Part shown: piece by piece, positions 25,856 to 38,689 of the stretch
Numbering within the stretch: the stretch's first letter is position 1
How the letters are laid out: every line of letters begins with the position of its first letter
Assembly: GCF_001194135.2 (NCBI RefSeq)
Contig: NC_068981.1
Coordinates: 50,191,437-50,247,957, forward strand
From: Octopus bimaculoides
Taxonomy: Eukaryota
Length of the DNA: 56,521 bases
Direction of reading: 5' to 3'
Program-made: the position numbers and the translations under genes
Notes under the pieces: generated by a model
The model's input: only the letters and a program-made list of their open reading frames with translations
What the model was told of the DNA's origin: nothing
Databases searched by the model: none

Positions 25856-26779
25856 CCATATATACATACATATGTACGTACACACACATATACATGCATG
25901 CCTACGTATATACATACATACATGCATGCATTCATGCATGCATGTATACATACATACATACATACATGCATACATACATACATACATACATGCATACATA
26001 CATACGTATATACATATATGCAGAAGGAGAGAGAGAGAACAAGAGACAACGGCTAGTGACGAATTAGACAAACAGATTTGACAAAAATTATAACAATTTT
26101 AATATAGATTTATCTAATATCCCGACAGTATTGCACGTTTCTCTGTTCATTTTGGTCTTAAACTGCTCATTAATCATAACATAGAATGAAGAAGAAACCT
26201 CTTTCGTGAAGGCTTCTTACACTCAAAGAATAAAAAGCATCATTCTGCACATATTACTAATACAGATTGTGGAAGTTTTGTATGTCCTCAAATACTATAA
26301 GCAAAGAGCAACCATTACTTCAGCAAATTGAGTAAACTCGAAAACAGATCGGACTACAAGCAATGACTATGAGGTTAAGTTTTTCTAACAGAAGGGGAAA
26401 AAAACATTATAACACCAAACTGTGCACGGGATCATGGGCAGGAATCTCAAAATCTATGAGAGAACACGAACTATATTTCTTAGGTACACCGTTTGATAAA
26501 TTGCATTTTATAGCAACATTCTATTTTTAGCCAAATTATCAAATGACACCTGGTTAATGTGTATGATTCTCCTGATAAAATGGAAGGAATTAAAACGGTT
26601 ATGCCAAGTATTACTATGGAAATTAGTACATAGTAAACGAAGAGGTGACAGATCTTGTCAAATTTATGTGTAGCTCTTGGTGGAAGATAGAGAACTGTTT
26701 TGCAGTGTCCGAAGTTGCCCGGTATGATGAGAAAGTGAATGTATATATTACACACATACACATGTGTATTTATATAGAT

Positions 26780-26813
<34 letters not shown>

Positions 26814-26996
26814 NNNNNNNNNNNNNNNNNNNNNNNNNNNNNNNNNNNNNNNNNNNNNNNNNNNNNNNNNNNNNNNNNNNNNNNNNNNNNNNNNNNNNNN
26901 NNNNNNNNNNNNNNNNNNNNNNNNNNNNNNNNNNNNNNNNNNNNNNNNNNNNNNNNNNNNNNNNNNNNNNNNNNNNNNNNNNNNNNNNNNNNNNNN

Positions 26997-27028
<32 letters not shown>

Positions 27029-27085
27029 TATATATATATATATATGTTCGTGTGTATGTGTGTAGATGTGTGTATTTGCGTGTCA

Positions 27086-27226
27086 GTCTGTGTTTACGTC
27101 CCCGTAACTTAGCGATTCGGCAAAAGAAACCTATAGAATATGTACCAGGATAGAGTAAGTCCTGGGGTCGATTTGTTCAATTAAAGCCGTTGCTCCAGCA
27201 GATGACTGAAACAAGTAAGAGAATAA
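27086..27226 (+). mobile_element. SINE family B, 3' half
   Basis: tgtttacgtccccgtaacttagcgattcggcaaaag...aagtcctggggtcgatttg...gactgaaacaagtaag. Confidence 0.82.
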
Positions 27227-27386
27227 CAGAACATATGTGTGTATGTATATATGTGTGTGTGTGCGTGAGTGTATGTAGGTACGTATGTTTGTATGTAAGT
27301 ATGTATATACTTTTGTGTACGTATATTTATATATGCATATGAATTTCAAGATTTATTTTTAGGAAATCTTAAAACTCATAAATTAA

Positions 27387-27543
27387 CACTCAATCACTGC
27401 ATCGGGACAAAATTTTGTTATGCAATGTGCAAAGTGTGATGATTTACATACACATGCGTACATGTTTGTGAGACAGTACCTATGCAAATAAACAAGAATC
27501 TCATACTGCATGACCAAATTCGTCCCAATGCAGTCGTTGAGTA
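27387..27543. mobile_element. MITE with ~38-bp TIRs and TTAA flanks (piggyBac-type target site)
   Basis: ttaa|cactcaatcactgcatcgggacaaaattttgttatgca versus the reverse complement of tgcatgaccaaattcgtcccaatgcagtcgttgagta|ttaa; about 80% identical by eye. Confidence 0.75.
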
Positions 27544-29006
27544 TTAATTTAGGAGTCTTGACTTGAGATGTTATAAAAATATATTTTGAAAATGATAAAC
27601 GTATTAGCGCTTTCGGTCTTTTGATTATCCCTTCGATGTTAGATATTTTAATAGTACTTCTGCTCAAAATGTGATATGACAAATATATGTATATTATGGG
27701 AAAGGGCGTAAATTTCAGTTCGGAGAGAAATTACTTATTTCATTTGGACTCATGTAATGTCCACGTCATACGAAAACTATTGGGCTGTTGCATGTAGAAA
27801 AAGCGGATCAGAGATGCCTATATGATGCCTATAACAAACGGCATTCTCTGGATTAATTCAGTTTTTGTAACTAGGCATTTCAATAGCCCGATCTACTCTG
27901 ATTTCATTTTCATGTCAGTGGTAATTCTAATCCTCACTTACGATTTTTTCCTGTCTTGTCGGAAAAAAAATACATTTCAAGATTTCTTATCCAACTGCGA
28001 TAAATGCTAGATTTACCGTCCCCTAAAGCACTTATATACCACACGCATTGATATGCAGCCAAAACACGCTTAAATAATCATCCACCACTACACAATCATT
28101 CTATGCAGTATTGTTCCAACTTCCCATAATGCATCAAGTTATACAATAGACTATCTATAATTACTCTATTACTGAAACACGCACTTCACTCAAGCAACCA
28201 TGGTAACACACAGTAATCATTTATATCATCACACGCACACACACACATATACATGCGCACGTACGCACGAACGCGCATAGATACACACACTTCTATAAAC
28301 ACAATCAAGCAAAATTTAGCACACGGTTATGTTACTAAATTCCCTGGGTCTGCTGGAAAACATCATCTTTACTCGAGTGTTGACTGGTATATATAGATTC
28401 CTCATTTATGAAAGAGCATTACGTTATGATTCCAATTCTAAGCCTCTGATTGAATAAACGTAGTGTATTCGTAACGGCTTCTCATTTTTTCCTTGGAAAG
28501 AAATGACTTACCTCGTTAAAACAGTAGGGTATGACTTGAGAGGAAATTTTTTACAACTTCTTGGGAGTTGACAGACCTTGTAAAGTTATAATCTTTTACT
28601 TTAATCAATATATTAATTTTATCGTTTTGTTGGAAAAATGAATATATAAATCAATGCAATCAAATCTTTAATAATATATTATTACTGAATTTAGATTAAT
28701 TACGACGATTTTAAGCACAATTTTTTAGCGAATGTAGCTCTTCCTTGCTGTCGTGATATAAACATGGTTCTTCAGAGCTACAGGAAATTTTTGAAAACTT
28801 TTACCGCTTTACATTACATGGATTCTAGGTAGGGTATTGTAGTGCCTACATATTGTAGATCTATTTATTCTGTGATCATTAAAGCTCTTTCCACAAACTT
28901 ATTTATTTTCATATCTAGTAATTAAAAACATGTTGCTTATTGATTTCAATGATTGACTTCTTTAATTCCAAAATAACCACTTGCTAAATGTTTTACTGGG
29001 TATGTT

Positions 29007-29045
<39 letters not shown>

Positions 29046-30351
29046 CTCCGGATTTGAATATCTCTTGAAATTTATATAAATGTCCATCATTTTACTTATG
29101 GCCTTCCTTATTATCTGTATTAATAGTATTTATCACACACATTTTTTACTCAGATCTCATGGCTCTTACATTCTCTCGAATAGATAACATCATTTAATTA
29201 AATTCCTTATATTACCATTATTAACGTAAATTTAGAAAGTAAAAGGTAATGTATTAGTTGTGTGAACAGGTTATTTCATAAATGACTCGTTCACATGTGC
29301 AGCATCTATAAGCAGAATGATAAATTTGTTTCACTAAATATAATCGATGCATAATGAAGTAGCCAGTTTTGTAGCTGGCTACCTGCTGTGTCGGAAATCG
29401 TTGCACAAATGGATGAGATATAATATTCCCATATGAAATATTCTACATAATAATATCACAATACCATAGTTACGAATTAAAGCAGATAATAAGCGTCTTT
29501 GACCGCAATCTACCAATGTACCAGCAAATCATTGCAATTCAGTTAATTTACATTAATTAAATTTCATAGAATAGTCTTTCATCGATAAGAAATATGTACG
29601 CAATGTTACGGATTGGAAAATATAGTTATGAGGAAGTAACATTTGATAACATAACCGAATTTTATATGAATATTTAAGTTTAAATTCAGGGACTGTCGTA
29701 CGTGTATCGAGATTTTGAACAGATAGAAAAGAGAAAAGATGATCGAAAGACAACATATGCATCTAATGCTGGAGGAACAGTTTCTCCACCTAGTTAGATA
29801 AAATATCTTCTTAACAATACATATCAAAAATGTGTTTATAAAGGTGAGAAATGCATATATATATATATATATATATATANNNNNNNNNNNNNNNNNNNNN
29901 NNNNNNNNNNNNNNNNNNNNNNNNNNNNNNNNNNNNNNNNNNNNNNNNNNNNNNNNNNNNNNNNNNNNNNNNNNNNNNNNNNNNNNNNNNNNNNNNNNNN
30001 NNNNNNNNNNNNNNNNNNNNNNNNNNNNNNNNNNNNNNNNNNNNNNNNNNNNNNNNNNNNNNNNNNNNNNNNNNNNNNNNNNNNNNNNNNNNNNNNNNNN
30101 NNNNNNNNNNNNNNNNNNNNNNNNNNNNNNNNNNNNNNNNNNNNNNNNNNNNNNNNNNNNNNNNNNNNNNNNNNNNNNNNNNNNNNNNNNNNNNNNNNNN
30201 NNNNNNNNNNNNNNNNNNNNNNNNNNNNNNNNNNNNNNNNNNNNNNNNNNNNNNNNNNNNNNNNNNNNNNNNNNNNNNNNNNNNNNNNNNNNNNNNNNNN
30301 NNNNNNNNNNNNNNNNNNNNNNNNNNNNNNNNNNNNNNNNNNNNNNNNNNN

Positions 30352-30390
<39 letters not shown>

Positions 30391-31216
30391 CGTTTACATG
30401 CGTAGATACAGGGAACGTACCCATTTCGTGGATACATGACAATTCGTTTCTGCTGCGTTTTTTCAGCATAATTGCCCAACAAATATTAATACGATAGAGA
30501 AAATTACATGACTTCCTTTTGTTCGGAGCTATATAAACGAATGATTAAATATGAACCTTCTTAAAAATGCAATCAGTAATATTACGATATTTAAAACTTT
30601 GATACTCCTTCATACAGTGAAAAAGTGAGGTAACAGTCAGAAAATATGTCATCTAATGCACGACATGTAAAAAAATACGACAGAAATCGGATTATCACAT
30701 CTCTAAAATCTAGATGCAAAACGAGTCCATTCTGGACTAGTAATCAAAAGAGATAGAGGTGTTGAATATGACTGCCTGATAAACAAATATGCCGAATAAG
30801 CTGAACTCAGAGAAGACAGTAGTGTTGGTGAGTCATTTATTTCTACACATGTTGCATGTACCGTAAATACATACCGAAATACTGAAGATTATTTAGTGCG
30901 CAACACTCTCATTCCGAATTCACTCCGATGTCGTTAGAATAATTATGTATATGTATTATAATACTGTTGCATCCCTACAAAATTCATGCAATTTCTCAAT
31001 CATTAAATTATATAACAAAATGAGATAGGAATGTATAACTTTTCCGAATGCAATAAAACCATGTGTATGTCGACAATTAAGATCATATGATTAATATGGC
31101 CACCTATGTGTTAATCCGTTTGTTTATACAGAAAATGTTCGAGTTATTTATCTTCATAGAATTCAAGCAATTATTAGAGCAACATTTACACTATTTATGA
31201 GATGAGGGGGAGCAAC

Positions 31217-31267
<51 letters not shown>

Positions 31268-31310
31268 ATGTGCGAGTGTGTACGTATGTAGTTATGTATG
31301 TATATGTGAA

Positions 31311-31607
31311 GGTGCGTGTGTTAGAAGTTAGGGTATTTGGTTCACGATTGTGAGTTCAATTTCCGGCGGCACGTCGTGTCTTTGAGCAAGACACTTTATT
31401 TCCCGTAGCTGCAGTCGACTCCGCTGCCAAAAATAAGTAATACCTGTATTTCAAAGGTTCAGCCTTGTCACATTCTGTGTCATGCTAAATCTCGCTGAGA
31501 ACCATGTTAAGAGCGCACTTGTCTGTGGAGCGCTCAGTTAATGTCACGAGTAGGCAATTTGGTTGATGAGGTCAATTAGAACCCTCGTCGTCGTAACCAA
31601 AGGAGTG
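31311..31607 (+). mobile_element. tRNA-derived SINE, family C (degraded)
   Basis: gttagggt...gtgagttcaatttcc head followed by a gtgtctttgagcaagacactttatttc core, similar to 37494-37600. Confidence 0.65.
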
Positions 31608-32060
31608 ATTTATATTTATATATTTGTAAAACGGCTGAGATAAATTTTGCAGCAAAATTGTTACGTTACCGCATCGACCAGTTACCTCGGTCTGTTAAGT
31701 GCATTGAGATTGCTATTAAAGTTTTATATCTGACATATTGTCCGCACTGGAGATTTCAATACGGACTGAAATTATCCCCGAATGACAATATTCTAGAAAA
31801 TTATGGATGACATCAATGTTAAGCCATAGCTGTGCTAAAGTTTACAATATATCTTACTTTTGCATTTCAATGAGTACATACTTTTGTCAATGTTCTCTAT
31901 TTCATTGTTGATAATATATTTCTTCATATAACATTTTATTCATATCTTACAGCTCATAACAGGTATAATACTTCACAATCTTAAGCCAGATTACTGAAGT
32001 GATATTTTGAATATAGTGAAGAATATTGATTCATTTCCTTGTGTATGCTCACAAATTTTG

Positions 32061-32104
<44 letters not shown>

Positions 32105-32148
32105 CGTGCGCGAGTAGATATATATATATATGTGTGTATATATATATT

Positions 32149-32185
<37 letters not shown>

Positions 32186-33019
32186 TTATACATATGCATA
32201 TATATATTCATATATGCGTATGTGTGTGGATGTGTATGTATGTGTGTGTGTGTATCAGTAGCAGTATTACTGGTATCAAACCATCGATTCGTGAGGTATA
32301 TGATTATACCGATTGATGAAAGAGTATTCAATAAAATTAAATGAGATTGTTTTAAAGCATTTGGAAAAGTGAATATGAGAAGCATATATCACCAAATTCA
32401 AATGAACATAGCGCTCTATTTATAAACTATATCAAAGCATATAAAATACGATATATTTGATTTAGTAATCTATTTACGAGATATTTGTACGTCTTGAAAT
32501 AAAGATAAATTTGCCTAGTAACCGACACCATCCTTAGAACTATTGCTTTGATAGATGTATGATCTTTTACTAAATCCGATAATTATAATTCGTAAGATTC
32601 TATGTCAGAAAGTATGAATAAAATGAAAAGGAAAAGTGTAGACGGGGAAATATATAGCATTTAAATAGACTGTAAATCTTACAGAGTCGGAAAATATTTA
32701 TGCGTCGACACACCGACACACACAAACACACACGCACACGCACACGTACATACATGTACACATACATATATATTCATACATACAAACATACAGGCACAGA
32801 AATACACATATGGAGTAGGTTTATGGCTGCGGTTAAGTGAGTTGTTTTGACTACATAAGTGTGAATGTGCCACTTTGTAAAATGTGTACGTACTGATTTT
32901 AAAAGATGGGCGTATTTACATCGTTTCGTAAAAGGATATCTCGGAAGAGAATTTAATACATTTATTCTGTGCTAGACATTTTTTGCAAAATTAAAATATT
33001 TAGTATTCGAGACTCTGTC

Positions 33020-33265
33020 GATTGGGGTATGTTCATGAAGCGGCACGGTCATCCACTACTCTCCTGAAGCGTTCATGCTCTGTGTTTACTGAATCAACGA
33101 ATCTGACGCTTAATATTTGATAATACAAAATTGGATCTTTTATATTTTCTTTGAGTTTGTTAGCATTTCTTCCGTGCAAATACCTTATACTTTGTGGAAG
33201 GATATTGAATTTGTGCTGCAATTTGAAACATAAGCTATTGGGATAGCTATTTCTATGCCACAATT
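33020..33265 (-). mobile_element. Possible CR1-group LINE C-terminal relic
   Basis: NSLCFKLQHKFNILPQSIRYLHG...K resembles the F-N-x-L-P-x-x-I-R...F-K tail of CR1/L2-group ORF2. No RT motif is visible. Confidence 0.4.
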
Positions 33266-34366
33266 TAGAGAGTAGCCTGTTTAAATGTATAGAGGGGCAT
33301 TAAATTTAGTTATTTTAGTTACTAAATTAGTTACTAGCTTTGAACATAAGTTTTGATGCGAGTCTCACCAATATGTGGTAGGAATCAATCACTATATCGC
33401 TCTAAACCATTCGTACTTGATAATTGATAACTTCATCCAGTTTTTCAGTTGTTTCGATCAATATCATAAATGTTATGTGAATAAAACCTAGACCTGGACT
33501 GCGATTTCATGACTGAGACTAGTATTTCAGACATTTGTGTAGATATTAGTTCTTACAAATAAAACTAACAGCTTGTAACTTTATGATGCAATCATGTGCA
33601 CAATTTTCCTGCCTTATTCGCGATGTGTGTGAAATTAGCGATATGTGTGAAATCAGTGTGAATATGTTACAATTATTCGGTATTATTAGAAGACATTTTG
33701 ATTGCAATCTGAAACTTTCCTGAAATGAAACTCATACACTATATTCACCCTGTCTATGTATGGTGATAAGTTACATTTGTGGATTGTTGACTCAAATATA
33801 TCTTTTGACTATCCTCATGGATTTAAGACGAAAAGAAAGTGGCTGTTTTAGAATTGATGCAAACGTCACTAGCCCCGAAACAATCTATTGAGCAATTTCT
33901 TTCAGCATTTTGTACAATTTTATAAGTGCACATTTAGCGGCATCTCAACAAAATTTTCTTTATTTAAACATCTTAGAACCTTTTCTCTTAGTTTTGAAAT
34001 TAGGCTGAATATATGTAGCTTCTGGCATATTGTAGAAATCTTGAAAGTGTAATATCCAAGATATGATACGTTTGTACGTTTACATTTCTTTACTTCAAAC
34101 ACTCTGTGATGATACTGTAAAATGTGCAATAAGTTTTCTTCGCACTAAATAATTAGCACATTGTAACGTAATGTGATTCATTCCACTGGTTCATTTGACC
34201 AAGCTCCTGCAGCATAAATGGGAAATTTACCGTTTTCGGGATATATTTTGAAATGTTCTAAAGAACATACAGATCTACATTTAAGATATCAGGAATTATG
34301 TACATTATTTACATTATTTACAATTGACGGATATTTGTCCTCATCTTGTTTGTTGTAAACTGAATA

Positions 34367-35173
34367 AAGCCATCCATACAGTTCACAGGGAAAAAGAAGA
34401 AAAAAACAATCAGTTAGCATTTCTGGACGTGTTAATAACACGCACCAAGTATGGATTCAGGACATCCCTATACCGCAAGCCGACCTTCACTGGACGATAC
34501 CGCAACTTCACCTCCCACCATCCATACAGTGCAAAGAAAAAGATTGATGAGTGCCTAAAACATCGAGCAGTGAATATACGCACCACGAATAAATGATCAA
34601 GCTCAATTACAATCTATTTAAGCAACAACTACCCCAAAAGCTACTCTCCACCCCAATTATGACGAAGAGAGGGAATGAAACCGATAAACTCTCCACAGTC
34701 TGTCTACCCTATGTGAAAGGCCTATCCGAAAAGATACAAAAGATGTGCGGCCCACATGACATCAGGATAGTATTCAAAATTAATAGAACACTTCGCAAAT
34801 ATCTCCGAGTAAAACCACCAATAGAAAAGAATATGACCAAAATCTGCGTGTACTCCATCTCATGCAGCTGTGGTAGGTTATACAAAGGCGAAAAATGCCG
34901 CACTCTCAAAATAAGAGTAGACGAATATCGCAAAGCTGTGACACGTGGAGATATTGATAAATCGGGTATAGATGATCATGCATAGAAAAATGGAGACCAC
35001 CTCACCAGTGGGATGAAGTTAAAATAATAGAGAGAGCACACCACTGGAAAATACGAAAATTGAAAGCAGCACATATGCTAAGACACAGCAACCTCCTAGG
35101 CAGACTGATTGCAAATATGAATAGCATATGGGAACCGGTATTAAAGAAGGATAGGAAAATTTTAGATTCATAA
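34367..35173 (+). pseudogene. Penelope RT-thumb plus GIY-YIG ORF remnant
   Basis: ORF-track pieces 34324-34596 and 34593-34985 plus a downstream WDEVKIIER...LKKDRKILDS* segment, joined by frameshifts and a stop. Confidence 0.88.
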
Positions 35174-35204
35174 GCCCTAAAATTCACACCATGATTGCCC
35201 ACGG

Positions 35205-35275
35205 ACATATGGCGTAGTAGTTAAGAACTTGGGCTATCAACCCCAAGATCCCAAGTTCGATTCCAGGCAACAACC
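35205..35275 (+). promoter_or_regulatory. tRNA-like Pol III promoter within the Penelope 3' region
   Basis: A box TGGCGTAGTAG (35210-35220), anticodon-arm-like ttggg-ctatcaac-cccaa, and B box AGTTCGATTCC (35254-35264). Lacks a full acceptor stem and terminator, so it is not a tRNA gene. Confidence 0.75.
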
Positions 35276-35364
35276 TGAATAATAAGAATAAGAATAATAA
35301 TAACAACAACAACAACATCGAAAAATACCTTAGGAATGAGATCTCAGGTTCGAAATTTCCCCAA

Positions 35365-35410
35365 GACACCTGATGAAGGCTGGAAGGTATATGAGCCAAA
35401 ACGTTGTGTT
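35365..35410 (+). ncRNA. Minimal type I hammerhead ribozyme motif (G12A variant, probably inactive in this copy)
   Basis: GACAC-CTGATGA-A-GGCT(12-nt loop)AGCC-AAA-ACGT-T-GTGTT: stem I GACAC/GTGTT, stem II GGCT/AGCC and palindromic ACGT helix III. AAAAC stands in place of the conserved GAAAC. Confidence 0.78.
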
Positions 35411-35589
35411 AATAACAAAGAAGACGAAGACAAATATCCGTCAATTGTAAATATGTAAATATTATTCTAAAGACGTTTCCCAAAGGTTTGGTTTTCCAAA
35501 GGTTTCATGCATTGTAAAGAATTGTAATGTTTGAAGAATGGTTGTTGTTAACATAACTGATTTATGCATCATTATTGTATTGAAAATAA

Positions 35590-35810
35590 GGGAGTGAGCT
35601 GGCAGAAACGTAAGCACGCCGGGCTAAATGTTTAGCGGTATTTCGTCTGCCGTAACGTTCTGAGTTCAAATTCCGCCGAGGTCGACTTTGCCTTTCATCA
35701 TTTCGGGGTAGATAAATTAAGTACTAGTTACGCACTGAGGTCGATGTAATCGACTGAATCCCTTTGTCTGTCCTATCTTTAGCCTCTTGTGGGCAATAAA
35801 GAAATAAGAA
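35590..35810 (+). mobile_element. SINE family A, full length (alternative 3' end)
   Basis: gagctggcagaaacgtaagcacgccgggc...ctgagttcaaattccgccgaggtcgactttgcctttcatc... Confidence 0.9.
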
Positions 35811-36008
35811 AAGTTAGTACGCCGGGCGAAATGCTTAGCGGTATTCCGTCTGTTTTTACGTTCTGTGCTAAAATTCCAACGAAGTCAACTTTGCCTTTCA
35901 TCCTTTCGGAGTCCATAAATTAAGTAACAGTTGCGTACTAGGGTCGATCTAATCGACTGACCACCTCGCCAAAAATTCGGGGTATTATGCCTAGAGTAGA
36001 AAATATTA
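35811..36008 (+). mobile_element. SINE family A, 5'-truncated, tandem to the previous copy
   Basis: gttagtacgccgggcgaaatgcttagcggtatt...tgcctagagtagaaa. Confidence 0.85.
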
Positions 36009-36589
36009 TTGTATTGAAAATACTGAATAGACAATTCAGTACCTCAGTTAGTGTTTAAGATTCTCACTGAAATCCATTCGTTTAATTAAACCCATAATCC
36101 TATTTTTAAACGCATTTAAACTATTTGGAATATAAATCTTTAGAAAACGTGAATTTCTCTTGCTTTTGTATTTTTAACAATCAAAACGCTCTTTTCCAAT
36201 TTCAGCTGTAATTTTAATTATTTCTTCTAGAACTCATATTTGTATGTGGTATTTTCCAGCAATAGCTCCCGTCACGTCATGGGAATATTTTAAGTCTCAT
36301 CTTCTCTAGAAAATATTTAATACATAAAGTTAGCGTAATTAAACTTAATCCCTTGTATGATCTAACATTCCATTTTAAGTGCCTTCCGTAGAATACATTT
36401 TGTTTCAAGAATTCAGACAAATCTCCTGTTTATGTCACTTCACTCGTTATCCACATCAGTTTGCCAGTACGTTTTGGGGATACTAAAATTCTCTAAATGT
36501 CTCTAGTCATTTACAACACCCAAGCATAAAAATTGAAGTTAAAGTTGAGAACGAGTTGGATGAAAATGAGGATTGGAAGCCATTTGAAT

Positions 36590-37030
36590 ACTGGAAGAGA
36601 TTTACCTTTATCATAAAGATTCTTGATGGGTAACAAAATGCCAACATCATGACTGCTGCTCATTTCTCTGTCAAAATTGTAAAGGCGGTAAAGCGTGAAT
36701 CTGCTAGAGACTATGGTCAATCCCTGACTGAGAGGTTCACCGCTGGAAGGCCATATATGTGACAGCAGGATTCAGCTCATTGCCACACATCCAGAGATGA
36801 TTGTCGGACAACTACTACTTCACCAGCCTCAAATTCTGACCTCTTAATTCCACCGATTGTAATTTCATGGATTACCGTATCTGGGTTGCGCTTGAGAAAA
36901 ACACCAAGTGCTTCGCTTACAACACCAAAGTTGAGTTGGTGGTCAAGACCGAGGAGTTGTTATGTCAGTTATGATCGAATGGCTTCTGTAACTTCCGTTT
37001 GACCCTATAAATTCAAGCTGGCTTCTTTAG
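36590..37030 (+). pseudogene. Tc1/mariner-superfamily (maT/DD37D-like) transposase remnant with a large internal deletion
   Basis: AGRPYM*QQDSAHCHTSR...LSDNYYFTS.KF*PLNSTDCNFMDYRIWVALEK matches the QQDSAP.H...WPP.SPD.NP.DY.VW pattern. An HTH-like N-terminal piece (WKR...NANI...VKAVKRE) lies just upstream. No TIRs were found, and exact D-D spacing cannot be counted across the frameshift. Confidence 0.72.
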
Positions 37031-37493
37031 CTTCAGGTTGCCATGCGTGCTTTGCACGTTTCAAGAAAGGGAATTTTTTTTTTTATTTTATCCTTTGTAA
37101 TTTTGATGCGATTTCTGATGTGTGAATTTCAACAAGTTAAGGAAAGTCTATGTTATTGTGGAAAATTATGTAACTTCATACCAGTGCTGTCATAATTTAT
37201 TCCACTTCCTAAATGGATAAAGGACACCATTTAAAATGTAGCTAACTGCGATCAAGATCAATATCATGGTAGTGTTAGTAGTGTTTTAAGAGAGATGGGT
37301 GATTTGTTTTAAACATTTAGGAAGTTGCAAGTTGGTTTTCTTTTACTTCACAACAGATATGTTTTTAATATTACTGATATCATATTCCGATTTATATGCA
37401 TTATTAGCCTTGTTTCTGTATTCCTTATTATATATGTGTGTGCGCAACTGTATGTGTGCATGTAAACGCACACACACACACACACAACATAAC

Positions 37494-37733
37494 GTGTTTC
37501 AGTGGTTAGGGTGCGGCACTCATGAAATTATGATTGTGGTTTCGAATCCTAGACTGAGCAGTGTGTTGTGTTCTTGAGCAACAATTATTTCATGTTGCTC
37601 CAATCCTCTCAGCAGGCACAAATGAGTAATCTTGTGGCCAACCAGCGTACATTTCAGGAGATAGGGTTGGGGTGGAGGTTACGGCATAGAATCCGGGAAA
37701 CCGGCCTTCTGAGGCTATGGCTCGGGTAGAACA
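37494..37733 (+). mobile_element. tRNA-derived SINE, family C-related
   Basis: cagtggttagggtgcggcac...ggtttcgaatcc (A/B boxes) followed by a gtgttgtgttcttgagcaa core. Confidence 0.7.
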
Positions 37734-38657
37734 TTTGATCAGTTGATACACACATTTATGTATGTATATATATATATATATATATATATACACGTATGTA
37801 TGTATATACTCACATGGAGAAACATACGTACACATACACAACGGAGAAACAGACGCGCACACGCACACACACACACACATAAGTATACGACGTGTGCTTT
37901 ACAAATGGGAGTTCGTCCGTCTCTTTACTTTCCTGCCTTATTTAGTCCATGGTTCATGGATAATATGTCCTGACATACGTGCGTCGTATGTCAGATACGG
38001 TGTTACCTACATACGATGTATTAGATAGGCAAGACCCGATTGCTATTACAGCGAAATCACAATTAATAATCATATCTCAATACATTATCAAATAGTTTTG
38101 CTTAGACATTGCTCTACATCTTTCCCATTTCAGCCTTTTGAATAATACACGATATGAATCCGCAAATATTATTTAAACATTTTGATTTCAAATATAATAT
38201 TGGTAGCGTACTTTGTGTATTGAAGGATACATTCTTCGTTTATAACGATAAATCATCACTAATTCATATTTGTGTGTGAGTATCTATTACTCATTTTCTA
38301 AGGCAGTGTGAAACCCCACACTTAACCAAATATCATAACCAGTTGTGAGTTTCATTCTTTGCTTCAGTATTTAGTATAATCCGATGCGAGTCATCAGATT
38401 CAGCATACGGTAGGACGCGGGAGACTGATGAAGATAAGAACAAGATAGCATAACATTTTTTCAAATGCTCTGTAAATATTACGGCATCTTCATGATAGCT
38501 GTTATATAACGCACATGAAAACTATGTCCGTTTTCTCTATATGATACATGTACATATGTACATACATACACCCACACATACACTCACATATACACAAACT
38601 TACATAAGCACGCGCAAACTTACACACATACACACACACATGTATTTCCATGCATAG

Positions 38658-38689
<32 letters not shown>

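Larger units (their letters stand above)
34306..35460 (+). mobile_element. Penelope-like retroelement copy 2 (5'-truncated, with an inverted copy of its 3' end at the 5' junction)
   Basis: EKEEKNNQLAFLDVLIT...YRKPTFTGRY, TVCLPYVKGLSEKIQK, CVYSISCSCGRLYKGE, DKSGIDDHA and WEPVLKKDRK, colinear with copy 1. 34306-34355 is a 45/50 inverted match to 35413-35461. Confidence 0.9.

Noticed and set aside
28512-28576. Minus-strand candidate exon with a strong GAG|GTAAGT donor (VCQLPRSCKKFPLKSYPTVLTR)
   Set aside because: The sequence is a decayed copy of repeat family E, so the splice signals are probably coincidental.
35205-35275. Possible tRNA gene
   Set aside because: No complete cloverleaf, acceptor stem or oligo-T terminator. 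It is embedded in a retroelement and is treated as a tRNA-derived promoter.
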